DNA of 64,000 nt from Planctomycetota bacterium (lineage in GTDB: Bacteria; Planctomycetota; UBA11346): contig JBBQSO010000007.1 of the NCBI GenBank assembly GCA_038213805.1, positions 41,932 to 105,931 on the forward strand. The letters are read 5' to 3'. A model generated the notes under the pieces. It was given only the letters and a program-made list of their open reading frames with translations. It searched no databases and was not told the DNA's origin. The translations under genes were made by a program, and so were the position numbers. This document shows positions 10,135 through 20,074 of the stretch, one piece after another; position 1 is the stretch's first letter; every line of letters starts with the position of its first letter.

Positions 10135-13100
10135 ATGAGCCTCGCTCCCCGCCGCGACACCACGCTGTCGATCCGCTCCTCGCGCCTGCTGTCGACCGCC
10201 CTTGGCGGGCTTGGCTGCCTGGCCCTGTCCACCGCGGTGGCGGCGGCCGAGCCTGGGAACGTCACGCTCCAGGCGCAAACCGCGGAATCGGTCACCCTGG
10301 CCAACGCCGGGGGTGATCGCGTCTTCGTGCGCGTGCTGAAACCGAATCTGCTGGAGGTCGATTACCGCCCCGGCAACCAGACCTCGCCAATGACGCTGAT
10401 CATGGATCCCGGCTTCGCCGCGAAGACCTGGTCGCCGGGCACCGTCTCGATCGCCGATGGCGCGTCCGAGGTGGTGCTGACCACGTCGGCCATGGTCGTG
10501 CGCATCGCCAAGTCCCCCTGCCGCGTGAACGTCTACGAGACCGACGGCACGACGCGCATTTTCGGCGAGGCGGCCGCCGCGGGCATGACCGACGCGCGGG
10601 TGAAGTTCGAGTTCGACGCGAACCTCAACTGGTACGGCATCCAGTCCGCGCCCAGCACGCGCGGACGGGAGATGGGCTCCACGACCTTGGGCGATTATGT
10701 GACCAAGACCTTCGTCACGCAGCTCACCCGGCAGAACGTCACGCCGGCCGTCGACCTGAACGCGCGCTGGCACGGCAGCGAGACCGGACCCTTCGCGTGG
10801 ACGACCGGCGCCGCCAGCAAGCGCGGCTTCGGTGTGCTCTGGGACAACGATGGCGGCAGCGTCGCCTTCTCAAGCACCACGCTGGAGATGAACAAGACCA
10901 ACGAGCGCTGCGTCAGCGCCGTCTCGTCGACCAAGCTGGACACCCTGTGGTTCGCCATGGTGGGCACGCCCACCGAAATCACCCAGGCGATGATCGAGCT
11001 CAGCGGCCGCCCCCAGATGTTCCCCAAGTACGCCCAGGGCTTCGGCAACACCGAGTGGGGCATCAACGAGGAGGAGCTGCGCTCGCACATCAACGCCTAC
11101 CGCTCGCGCCACATCCCGCTCGACCACTTCATCCTCGATTTCGACTGGAAGGCGTGGGATCTGAACGACTACGGCAACTTCGAGTGGAACCTGCGCGCAA
11201 CGAACGTCGCGGCCAGCGACTTCCGCGGCTTCCCCGCGGCCAGCGACACCACGCTCAAGACCTACACCGACGCCATGGGTGTGAAGCTGATGGGCATCAC
11301 CAAACCCCGCCTGCACGTCGACACCGTGCAGGGCGCGGTGATCACCGCGGGGGCGGCGACCGGGGCCACCTGGCGCAACGCCGGCAGCGTCGGCTGGTGG
11401 CTGCCGTCCGGTAGTCCGAGCACCTTCAAGACCGACTACTGGGGTTCGCAGCGCGGCCGCAGCGACAAGGTCGGCAACCTGAACTTCTTCATCCCCGCAG
11501 CGCGCGCCTGGTATGCGCAGAACAGCATCGACCGCGCCTTCGATAAGGGCATCGTCGGTTACTGGCACGATGAAGGCGACGAAGGCCCGGATTCGGGCGA
11601 CATCCCGTCCGCGAGCAACTTCTACAATCCGCTCTACCAAGAAGGCATCTACACCTACCAGCGCGCCAACAAGCCGGGGACCCGCGTCTGGTCGATGAAC
11701 CGGCACTCGTACCTGGGTTCCCAGCGCTACGGCTATGGCGTCTGGAGCGGCGACATCAGCACCGACTGGCGCACGCTCAAGACCGAGGCGCCGCGCATGC
11801 TGCAGACCATCAACGCCGGCATGGCGCGCACGGGCACTGACGCGGGCGGGACCGCGGGAAGCGCGGATTCCATCGGCACGATCGCGACCGACGGCGTGAG
11901 CAAGAACGTCCCGACCGACGAGTTGTACGCGCGCTGGCTGCAATTCGCGGCCATGCAGCCGACTTTCCGCATCCACGGCGTCTACCTGATCAACCGCCAG
12001 CCGTGGTTCCACGGCAGCGAGGCCGAGATCGCGGCGACCGAGGTCATCCGCCTACGCTCGCGGCTGATGCCGTACATCTACGCGCACGACCGCATTTACA
12101 GCGAGACGGGTGTGCCCTTCGTGCAGCCGCTGGTGTGGGACTATCCCAAGGATGCCAACGTCGCGGAGCGCACCGACGCGTGGATGTTCGGCCGCGCACT
12201 GCTGGCCGCTCCGATCCTCGAACCCCGCGCCACCGTCACCAGCCCCGACGGCAGCCTGTCGATGGCCGGGACCACCAGCAAGTCCATCTACCTGCCGGCG
12301 GGAACCTGGTACGACTACTTCCGCGGGACGGTGCACGCGGGCGGCGCCACTTTCATCTACCCGGTGTCCACGTCGACGCTGCGCGAACTCCCGCTCTTCA
12401 TCAAGAAAGGCGCGATCATCCCCAGCCTGCCCACGGCGCTCGACCACGTCGCTGCCGCGCCCATCACCACGGTGCGCCTGGACATGTTCCCGGACACCGC
12501 GCTGACCAGCTTCACCTATTACGACGATGACGGCGTCAGCTACCAGTACGAGAGCGGAACCTTCTTCAAGCAGGCCGTGTCGGTGCAGCAGAGCGGGTCA
12601 ACCGTCACCGTCGCCTTCGCCGACAAGCAGGGCGGATTCGCACCCGCGCTGCAGCACTATCTGATCGCGATCAACAAGTTCTCGGCAACCACGGTGGCCG
12701 GCTTCACCAGCTTCGCTTCGCAGGCCGCGCTGGAGGCTGCCTCCGGTGAAGGCTATGCCATCGGGTCGGGCGTGCACGGCAGCATCACGTACATCAAGGT
12801 CGCTGCAGGCTCTGCGCGCACCATCACCGCGACCGGGACGAATCCGGGTCTGGGCATTGCGACCACCACGCTGCCCGCGGCGACGCGGAATGCCCCCTAT
12901 GACGCGCAGCTCGGCGCAGATGGTCTCGGCGCCAGCTCCACCTGGAGCGTCACGCCCGCCCTTCCCGCCGGCCTGGTCTTGGATGCGCGCACCGGGCGCA
13001 TCACTGGTGCAGCGACTGTCGCGGGCAGCACCTCGTACACCTTCCAGGTGTCTTCGGGCGCGACCGCCAGCAAAGCGCTGACGCTGACCGTGACCGCCGC

Positions 13101-14679
13101 GCCGCTGCTCGCCCATGAAGCGTTCCCGTACACCAGCGGCGCCATCGACTGGAATGGCCAGGGCGGCGAGAACGGCTTCGCCGAACCTTGGAACCGGCTG
13201 GTCGGCGGAAATGGCCAGGGCCAGGTTCCGGTGTATCCCGCAAGCTACGTGGCTGGGCTTTCCGCTTTCGGAGTCACCGCCACGGGCGGCGCCGTGCAGC
13301 TGACGAGCGTGCAGCAAATCCCCGGAAATACCAACAGCCAGAAGAACCCCGAGTATGCGCGGCGCCTGCTGACCGGGTTCAGCGATGGCGGCTCTGCTGG
13401 CGCCAACGCCTGGATCAGCTTCATCGGCAAGGGTACGACTCCCGGCACAGGCTATCTCGGCGTCGGCCTCTTCAACGGCAACACCGAGAAGATGTTCATC
13501 GGACAGCGCTTCGGGATGAGCAACTGGGGTGTCGAGGTCGCCGGTGGTGGTGGATCCGCCGACAGCACCTCCAGCCTGTCGAGCACCGCCTTCGTGGTGG
13601 TGAACATCCGCGTGCTCAGCGGCAGCTCGCGGGAGGTGCGGCTGTGGGTGAACCCGACCCCTGGAACGTCGGCGCCGAGCGATGCGGGCGCCGCCCTGGT
13701 CACCACGGGCACGGAGCTGTCATTCGACACGCTGCGCCTGCGCGGCGACAGCATGGTATCCAAGCTGACCGTCGACGAGTTGCGCGTGGGCGCATCCTTC
13801 GCCGATATCAGCGGCGTCACCGTGGCGCATCCGACGCTGCAGGTGTCGCGGGCCGGCAACGCGATCGGCGATGGCGGCAGCGATGTGGTCGTCGGAAGCG
13901 CTGCGGGCACCGCCCAGGCGCTGACCTTCGTACTGACGAATTCAGGCTCCGCCCCGCTTTCGGTCACCACACCGGTCACGGTGTCGGGCATGACGAACTG
14001 CTCTGCGTCGGTCACGACCCAACCGGGCAGCGCGATCGGCACTGGAGCCACGTCCGACCTGGTGGTGACCGTGACGCCGACCGCCGTCGGCGCGTGGTCG
14101 CTCGCGCTGGCGGTGGTGAACACCGACAGCAATGCCACCCCGTACGACTGGACGGTGACGGGCACGGCGGGCGCCGTCGCGGTTCCCGGACTCGCCATCA
14201 CCCGCAGCGGGACGACCATCGCCGATGGCGGGACGGATGGGGTCGCCGGTGCAGTCGCCGGCTCGCCCCAGGCGCTGACCTACGTGCTCGCCAACAGCGG
14301 CGGCGCTGTGCTCGGAGTGACCGTTCCCGTGACCCTGTCGGGCGTGACCAACTGCACCGCGACCGTGACGACGCAGCCTGCTGCATCGATCCCCGCCGGT
14401 GGAAACGGCACGTTCGTGCTGACGGTCACCCCGACAGTCGCCGGGCCGTGGTCGTGCTTGGTCTCGATCACGAACACCGACGTCAGCCACGCGCCCTACG
14501 ACTGGACCGTCTCCGGCACCGCGCAGGCGGCCGTCAGCGGGCCGACGGGCGGCTCGAGTGGTGGCTCGAGTGGTGGCGGCAGCCATGGCTGCGGCCTGGG
14601 GCAGGGCATTGCGTTGGTACTCATGCTCGGGTTCAGCCTGATGTGGCGATTCAGGAGCGGGCGTCGGCCCACGGGCTGA
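10135..14679 (+). CDS. Secreted multidomain GH31 (alpha-glucosidase/xylosidase-like) with Ig-like domains and C-terminal sorting tail
   Basis: Signal peptide; IPLDHFILDFDW; YWHDEGDE (nucleophile region); GSQRYGYGVWSGDI (acid/base); ELYARWLQF; YDDDGVSY; He_PIG-like LPAGLVLDARTGRITG; two tandem choice-of-anchor-D-like repeats; GGSSGGGSHGCGLG-TM-RFRSGRR tail. Confidence 0.88.
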   Translation: MSLAPRRDTTLSIRSSRLLSTALGGLGCLALSTAVAAAEPGNVTLQAQTAESVTLANAGGDRVFVRVLKPNLLEVDYRPGNQTSPMTLIMDPGFAAKTWSPGTVSIADGASEVVLTTSAMVVRIAKSPCRVNVYETDGTTRIFGEAAAAGMTDARVKFEFDANLNWYGIQSAPSTRGREMGSTTLGDYVTKTFVTQLTRQNVTPAVDLNARWHGSETGPFAWTTGAASKRGFGVLWDNDGGSVAFSSTTLEMNKTNERCVSAVSSTKLDTLWFAMVGTPTEITQAMIELSGRPQMFPKYAQGFGNTEWGINEEELRSHINAYRSRHIPLDHFILDFDWKAWDLNDYGNFEWNLRATNVAASDFRGFPAASDTTLKTYTDAMGVKLMGITKPRLHVDTVQGAVITAGAATGATWRNAGSVGWWLPSGSPSTFKTDYWGSQRGRSDKVGNLNFFIPAARAWYAQNSIDRAFDKGIVGYWHDEGDEGPDSGDIPSASNFYNPLYQEGIYTYQRANKPGTRVWSMNRHSYLGSQRYGYGVWSGDISTDWRTLKTEAPRMLQTINAGMARTGTDAGGTAGSADSIGTIATDGVSKNVPTDELYARWLQFAAMQPTFRIHGVYLINRQPWFHGSEAEIAATEVIRLRSRLMPYIYAHDRIYSETGVPFVQPLVWDYPKDANVAERTDAWMFGRALLAAPILEPRATVTSPDGSLSMAGTTSKSIYLPAGTWYDYFRGTVHAGGATFIYPVSTSTLRELPLFIKKGAIIPSLPTALDHVAAAPITTVRLDMFPDTALTSFTYYDDDGVSYQYESGTFFKQAVSVQQSGSTVTVAFADKQGGFAPALQHYLIAINKFSATTVAGFTSFASQAALEAASGEGYAIGSGVHGSITYIKVAAGSARTITATGTNPGLGIATTTLPAATRNAPYDAQLGADGLGASSTWSVTPALPAGLVLDARTGRITGAATVAGSTSYTFQVSSGATASKALTLTVTAAPLLAHEAFPYTSGAIDWNGQGGENGFAEPWNRLVGGNGQGQVPVYPASYVAGLSAFGVTATGGAVQLTSVQQIPGNTNSQKNPEYARRLLTGFSDGGSAGANAWISFIGKGTTPGTGYLGVGLFNGNTEKMFIGQRFGMSNWGVEVAGGGGSADSTSSLSSTAFVVVNIRVLSGSSREVRLWVNPTPGTSAPSDAGAALVTTGTELSFDTLRLRGDSMVSKLTVDELRVGASFADISGVTVAHPTLQVSRAGNAIGDGGSDVVVGSAAGTAQALTFVLTNSGSAPLSVTTPVTVSGMTNCSASVTTQPGSAIGTGATSDLVVTVTPTAVGAWSLALAVVNTDSNATPYDWTVTGTAGAVAVPGLAITRSGTTIADGGTDGVAGAVAGSPQALTYVLANSGGAVLGVTVPVTLSGVTNCTATVTTQPAASIPAGGNGTFVLTVTPTVAGPWSCLVSITNTDVSHAPYDWTVSGTAQAAVSGPTGGSSGGSSGGGSHGCGLGQGIALVLMLGFSLMWRFRSGRRPTG

Positions 14680-14798
14680 GGGCATCGTCCGCCAGGTGCC
14701 CGTGGAAGCGATCCCCGTGATCGATCCCGCATGGATGGGCGAGGGCTCTCAACCGACGAAATCCATGCGGACACGCCCCTACCATCGAGCCAACGCCA

Positions 14799-15083
14799 AT
14801 GAGCCAGGTCACCACCCGCACCTATCGTCAGAAATCAGACCACGCTGCCAGGGCAGACGAAGTAACCTGCCTGGGCTGCAAGAAAAGTGCACCGTGTGCA
14901 TGCGGAGACGCCGCCAAGGACCCGGTGCGCATCTTCCAACAGCTGTTCGCGACCGCGATCCGCGCGTCCCGCCAACCAAAATTGTATCTGAGCGCGTGGG
15001 TCGAGGCACATCAGAGACGCGTACGGTGGGGCAGTCGGCGCCTCAGCCGGTGGAGCAAGGGCCCTGAAGGCCACATGGAGTGA
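14799..15083 (+). CDS. Small hypothetical protein with CxxC...CxC motif
   Basis: 94 aa ORF containing TCLGCKKSAPCAC; weak codon bias, may be decayed. Confidence 0.3.
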   Translation: MSQVTTRTYRQKSDHAARADEVTCLGCKKSAPCACGDAAKDPVRIFQQLFATAIRASRQPKLYLSAWVEAHQRRVRWGSRRLSRWSKGPEGHME

Positions 15084-15593
15084 GGAATCGCGATCACTCA
15101 TCGGTGCGGGACCCGCCTTCGATGACTGTGCTGGCGAAACGCCTGAAGGTCAGGCGCGAACACCTGGGCCGGCTTGCGCACGGTGCCTGAGGACAGCCCC
15201 GGAGGTGTGGTTGCGCAGGTACCGGCTGGGACAGACCGTCGACCTGCCCGAATCGGGCATGGCCATCCCGCCGCGGTCACCTGCGGCTGCAGTTCCACGG
15301 CGCACCGCATCCATGCCTGCGGCCGGCTCCGCGGCACCACACCCAGACGCGGCTGACCGATCGCCACCCATGAATGGTCCGCCATCACCTACTGTGCAGC
15401 TGCTGCCGCTCCACTACCCTGGCTGCGTCAGCCCCGATCAGCCGTCGTGCAGGATGGGTGGATTTGTGGTTTCATAAATACTGGTCCCATCGTACCTTTA
15501 CCACGATGACGCATGGCATTGCCCCGCATAGCAGCATGGCCGCGCACCGGCACCACGCCGACTGCGAGCGCCCGTCGCGAGGCATGGTGAACG

Positions 15594-17567
15594 ATGGCTG
15601 ATGCGGCTGCACCTTTGCCTCCTCGCGGACCGTTTCGCCTCCGCGGCCAGTGGGGCGAATTGGAGGTGGCACGCGCAGCCGATGTACCCCGCGCCCTCGC
15701 CAGCGCCTTCGCTGGAGAATCGGGGATTGAGATCACCGATGCGCGGAGTGGCGAGCACATCTCCAGGGATTCGCTTCGCGAATGGTTCGGGGACGATGCT
15801 GACCGCTTCCTCACCTTGTCGCCATCCATCATCATCCCGCCGATGAAACAACGTGCCTCATCGGAAGAGGTTTCTGAGAGATTGCGGCAGCTTCGCAGCA
15901 CAGCGCCTTCAGCAAGCGACTCCAGTGGGAATCGCAAGCCCGTAGCGCGCTCGAGGATGATCGCCGGCGGGGCGGTTGGCATCTCCGCGCTGGCGGTCGT
16001 GGGCTACTTTCTTGTCACCATCGCTAGCGCCCATGACCCCGTTTCGGCCAACCTCCCACAGGCCGAAATCCAGATTCCCCGGGGGTCAGCCCAGGCGGAC
16101 GCTCGCGCGCCTCGCTCTGACCAGGGCGGCCATCCCGCGGTGCCGGCAGCCCTCCACGAAATCCATTTCAGCAGCAGCACCCCGATCGCGTGTGACCCCG
16201 GGCGCTCCGTCACTCTCGGAAGGGCATCGCTTGCGCTGGCCCAGTCCGGGGCGACGCCTGACGAGCTCATCTATAAACTAACGGTAGCGCCAGCGCACGG
16301 CTGGCTGCGCAGGGATTGCCTGCCCCTGGTTGCGGGCGCGACTTTCAGCCAAGCGGACGTGGACGACGACCGCATCAGTTATGAGGCGGGCGACCTGGCG
16401 ATGGCCGGAGACGCGTTCCAGGTCTCAGCCATGGGTCTTCAGCATGGGACCGTGCAGCCCACAGGGTGTCCGATCGTCGTCAGGAGCGCGGGCGCGGACC
16501 AGGGCCTGATCGCGTGGTACTCATTCGAGGAGGGAGTGGGCGATACCGTCGCTGATCGTAGCGGCCACGGCAACACCGGTACGCTTCGCCATGCCACATG
16601 GACCGCCGGTCCCCTCGGCACCGCCGTGACGTTCGATGGCCACGGCGGCATGGACGGTGGGAACGCGGCACTGACTCGGCCATCACAAGCCACAACGCTG
16701 AGCGGCTGGGTGCGGACCACGCAGCGGACCTCTGATGCTTCGGTTTTCCGGCACGACGGGTACTTCACCCCCCTGCAGGTTCTATTCGGGAAGTCGTGGG
16801 TATCGCTTTGGAGCAATAACTCGTGGAGTAAGCTTGAGTTCGCCTGGAACGGCGTCCTCGCTACCGGCACCTGGCACCATTTCGCAGCGAGTTATGGCGC
16901 TTCCAGTGGATTGAAAGTCTATGTGGATGGACACACGTACGCCAGCAACGACCAACTGCGTGGCCCACTGGCGAGCGGCACCACGAGCTCGTTCCTCATT
17001 GGAAATAGCGAAAATGGCAAGGAGCCCTACTTCGGGGACATCGATGAGGTGCGCATCTATGACCGAGTGCTGGAGCCAGGTGAAATCCGGTTACTCGCCC
17101 AACAAGCAGCGCCTGTGATATCGCATCTCGATGGCGGGACCGCTGCATATGTGACGGGCGGACCTGCAGTCACACTTGATGGGGCCAAGGTCGCGGCGGT
17201 CAGCGACCAGGACGACCTCTGCTTCGCGGGAGGCGGACTCCTAGTCGAACTGGCCAATCCGCTCGACGGCGACCTGCTCGGAATAAACGCCGCTGGGGCC
17301 ATCAGCGCCACCGGCCAGGAAGTAAGCTTCCAGGGCAAGCATCTCGGCCTCATCTCAACGACGCATGACGGTGCGCACGGGCATTCGCTCGAGATCACTT
17401 TCGACACCCAGATCGCCAGCCCAGAAGCCGTGTCCAACCTCATTCACGCGCTGGCGTATAGCAGTAGCGCGCCAACGGTGGAGGGCTCACGGACTGTCCG
17501 CATCCGGCTGAGTGATGGGGTGCTGACGAGTCTGGCTGCGACGGTGGTGGTGACGATCACGCCCTGA
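15594..17567 (+). CDS. Membrane-anchored protein with cadherin-like (CSPG), LamG and adhesin-type repeat domains
   Basis: TM helix (MIAGGAVGISALAVVGYFLV); FSQADVDDDRISY cadherin-like motif; GLIAWYSFEEG...WHHFAASY...FGDIDEVRIYDRVL LamG; C-terminal RTVRIRLSDG repeat seen in large adhesins. Confidence 0.7.
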   Translation: MADAAAPLPPRGPFRLRGQWGELEVARAADVPRALASAFAGESGIEITDARSGEHISRDSLREWFGDDADRFLTLSPSIIIPPMKQRASSEEVSERLRQLRSTAPSASDSSGNRKPVARSRMIAGGAVGISALAVVGYFLVTIASAHDPVSANLPQAEIQIPRGSAQADARAPRSDQGGHPAVPAALHEIHFSSSTPIACDPGRSVTLGRASLALAQSGATPDELIYKLTVAPAHGWLRRDCLPLVAGATFSQADVDDDRISYEAGDLAMAGDAFQVSAMGLQHGTVQPTGCPIVVRSAGADQGLIAWYSFEEGVGDTVADRSGHGNTGTLRHATWTAGPLGTAVTFDGHGGMDGGNAALTRPSQATTLSGWVRTTQRTSDASVFRHDGYFTPLQVLFGKSWVSLWSNNSWSKLEFAWNGVLATGTWHHFAASYGASSGLKVYVDGHTYASNDQLRGPLASGTTSSFLIGNSENGKEPYFGDIDEVRIYDRVLEPGEIRLLAQQAAPVISHLDGGTAAYVTGGPAVTLDGAKVAAVSDQDDLCFAGGGLLVELANPLDGDLLGINAAGAISATGQEVSFQGKHLGLISTTHDGAHGHSLEITFDTQIASPEAVSNLIHALAYSSSAPTVEGSRTVRIRLSDGVLTSLAATVVVTITP

Positions 17568-17633
17568 ACCGGTGCCGGCGCTCGTCCGCACGTGCTGCCC
17601 AACGCCGTCTGGCTGGGCCGCTTTCCCGGCTGA

Positions 17634-17870
17634 TCAACACGCCACCATCGGCGGTCGGAAACATGGGATCCGCGTGGTACGCGAAACCTCGACCAAGGCG
17701 GCGCTGCGTGCGGCGAGGAACTCCTCGAGGGACTCCTGCCGCCGCCATTCCGGGCGGTGGGCGGCCAGCGCCTGGGCCTTGGCGTCATCGCTGGCCAGCT
17801 CGCGTTGACCGCAGCCAGCGAGCACGAGGGCGAGCGCGAGCGTTGGACCCACCAGCGAGCCGCTCACCAT
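17634..17870 (-). CDS. Short putative lipoprotein or remnant
   Basis: MVSGSLVGPTLALALVLAGC lipobox; only 78 aa. Confidence 0.3.
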   Translation of the reverse strand: MVSGSLVGPTLALALVLAGCGQRELASDDAKAQALAAHRPEWRRQESLEEFLAARSAALVEVSRTTRIPCFRPPMVAC

Positions 17871-18053
17871 CGCAGATCCAGGTCGAGCCAGGGAATTCGT
17901 GCAGCGTCGCCGGCCCCGATTCCGCTCTGGCCACCACCGTCCACTCGCCCTCCCCTCCACGGGGCATGGTCGCCACGCAGCGCGTTCGGCAGGCGCAGCT
18001 GCAGGACGGCAAGATCCGCTCACCTGCGCGGGAAACCCGCGCGACCTCCCCCA

Positions 18054-19052
18054 TCACTTGCCGCGCAGCTTGTGCAGCTTTGCGCGGAACGCCGCCACAT
18101 CCGGCGCGCGGATCGTCTGGGTGGGGACGTAGATGTGCTTGTCCGCGGGAATGAAGGATGCATCGCCGGCGAGCTGGCGAGCCAGCAATTTCAACGACTG
18201 GTAGCCGAACTCGTACGGTTGCTGCACGATGGTGCCCACCACGGTGCCGGATTCGATGCCGACCAGGGTCGCGTCTTCTTCATCGAACCCCACAACCTTG
18301 ACCTTGCCGAGCTTGCCCGCGTCCGCGAGCGCGCTGAGGATGGCGGGAACGTTGTAGCCCGAAAGCCCGACCATGCCGGCGAGCGCCGCATGGCTGACCA
18401 GGCTGTCGGCGGCGTTGGCCTTGGAGCGCGCGCGGTCGCCATCGTCGGCACGCAGGTCGAGGATGGTGACATTGCTGCCGGCCAACCCCTCTTTCAGGCC
18501 CTGGAAGCGCTCGATGGAGTTCTGCTGGTCCTTCTTGCTGATAAAGACCATGATCTCGCCCCCGGCAGGCAGGGCCTCCTTGACCAGCACAGCGGCAGCG
18601 CGCCCGGCGGCGACGTTGTCGGTGCCCAGGTAGTACGCGCGTTTCGAGGCGGGCGCGTCGCTGTCCTGACAGATCAGCAGCGCCTGCTGCGCCGCGTGGT
18701 CGAGCATCGCGCCCTGGTTGCCGGCGTCGACCGGGCTGATGGCGATCCCGACCGCGCCCTTCACCAGCAGATCTTCGACAATCTCCTTCTGCTTGGCGGC
18801 CGTGCCGTCGCCGATGCGGAACTCGAGGACGTAGCCCGGCAGTTCCCGTTGTGCCGCTTCGGCACCTGCGCGCGCGATGTTCCAGAAATCGGCAGGAAGG
18901 TTCGTGACGAAACCGAGCGTGCGTACCTGCGCAGCGCCAGCGGCCGGACCGGTCGGCACGGTGGAGTGCGGATCCTCGCCGCAGCTGACGAGCAGCAGGA
19001 GCGCGAGCGAGGTCAGTCCGAGAGCGGAAGCTGGGTGGGAGGCGATACGCAT
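18054..19052 (-). CDS. Sugar ABC-type periplasmic substrate-binding lipoprotein (RbsB-like)
   Basis: Lipobox LVSC; FWNIARAG, GIAISPVD, DSDAP, YLGTDNVAAG, VVGFD, QQPYEFGY. No permease or ATPase nearby. Confidence 0.88.
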   Translation of the reverse strand: MRIASHPASALGLTSLALLLLVSCGEDPHSTVPTGPAAGAAQVRTLGFVTNLPADFWNIARAGAEAAQRELPGYVLEFRIGDGTAAKQKEIVEDLLVKGAVGIAISPVDAGNQGAMLDHAAQQALLICQDSDAPASKRAYYLGTDNVAAGRAAAVLVKEALPAGGEIMVFISKKDQQNSIERFQGLKEGLAGSNVTILDLRADDGDRARSKANAADSLVSHAALAGMVGLSGYNVPAILSALADAGKLGKVKVVGFDEEDATLVGIESGTVVGTIVQQPYEFGYQSLKLLARQLAGDASFIPADKHIYVPTQTIRAPDVAAFRAKLHKLRGK

Positions 19053-19147
19053 GGGGAAGTTCCAGGGGATGGTGCCGGCGTGCAAATCACGTGCAGGTCG
19101 CGCTTGCAGAAGTGATGGATCACGCGCGGGAGCGCGCGGCCTGACGT

Positions 19148-20020
19148 TCAGCAAGCCGCCCGCGCGACATCCCGGAAGATCCCTTCCAGGGCTTGGCGCA
19201 TGACCATCGCGTCGGGCTGGATCCCGGTCCAATAGTGGACGCCGATGACGCCCTGGCCGACCAGCATGGCGAGTCCATCGATGACGCGGCAGCCGCGCTG
19301 CCGCGCCGCCCGAACCAAGTGCGTGGCGGGTGGATTGGGTATCACGTCCGCGACCACCATGTGCGGTCGCAGCGTCGCCACATCAAGCGCGAGTCGCGCA
19401 TCCCCGTGCGGATGAAGGCCGATGCTGGTCGCGTTGATCACGATGTCGACGTCGTCGGGGACGGCGTATTCCGTGGCCCAAGCCACGCCTTCGGCAGCGA
19501 CGCGCAGGCTGGTGCGCAGCAGGTCGACAAGGTCGGCCCGTCGCTGTCCGCCCCGATTGACGATGACGAAGGAGGCCGCGCCGGCCAAGGCCAGTTCGAC
19601 GGCGATCGCGCGCGCCGCGCCGCCGGCGCCGAGGATCACCACCCGTCTGCCGGCGGGGTTGGCGACCCCCTGCAGCGCCTGCACGAAGCCCTTGCCGTCC
19701 GTATTCTCGCCGATCAGGCGGTCACCGCGTCGCACCACGCAGTTCACCGCGCCCATGAGCGCCGCCGACTCGCCGAGACCGTCGAGATACGGTATGATCG
19801 CCAGCTTGTGCGGCTGGGTGCAGTTGAAGCCGCGAAAACCCATGGCCCGCGCTCCGCGCACCGCGGCCGCCAGATCCGTGGGCGCGACTTCGATGGTGAG
19901 GTAGCGCCATGGCAGCCCGAGGTGGCGGTAGGCCGCCTCCACCATCGGTTGGGAGGGGTTTTCGGCGACGGGCTGGCCGAACACGCCGGTCAGCTCCTGC
20001 TTGAAATCAAGGTCGGTCAT
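19148..20020 (-). CDS. Shikimate dehydrogenase-family oxidoreductase (non-canonical substrate site)
   Basis: NCTQPHK, GAVNC, GENTDGKG, GAGGAARA, INATSIG, GLAMLVGQG; N-terminal motif is ENPS instead of HSxS. Confidence 0.85.
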   Translation of the reverse strand: MTDLDFKQELTGVFGQPVAENPSQPMVEAAYRHLGLPWRYLTIEVAPTDLAAAVRGARAMGFRGFNCTQPHKLAIIPYLDGLGESAALMGAVNCVVRRGDRLIGENTDGKGFVQALQGVANPAGRRVVILGAGGAARAIAVELALAGAASFVIVNRGGQRRADLVDLLRTSLRVAAEGVAWATEYAVPDDVDIVINATSIGLHPHGDARLALDVATLRPHMVVADVIPNPPATHLVRAARQRGCRVIDGLAMLVGQGVIGVHYWTGIQPDAMVMRQALEGIFRDVARAAC

Positions 20021-20074
20021 GGCCTGTGCTCCAACGGGGTGCGGCGGATGATCGGCGCGGCAGAGACGACTGGA

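Noticed and set aside
13830..14530. Internal ~350-bp duplication in the GH31 gene
   Set aside because: Explained by two tandem Ig-like domains in the protein; not an independent repeat element.
19148..20020. Assigning the gene symbol aroE
   Set aside because: Family is clear, but substrate-binding residues and context argue against assuming the housekeeping function.
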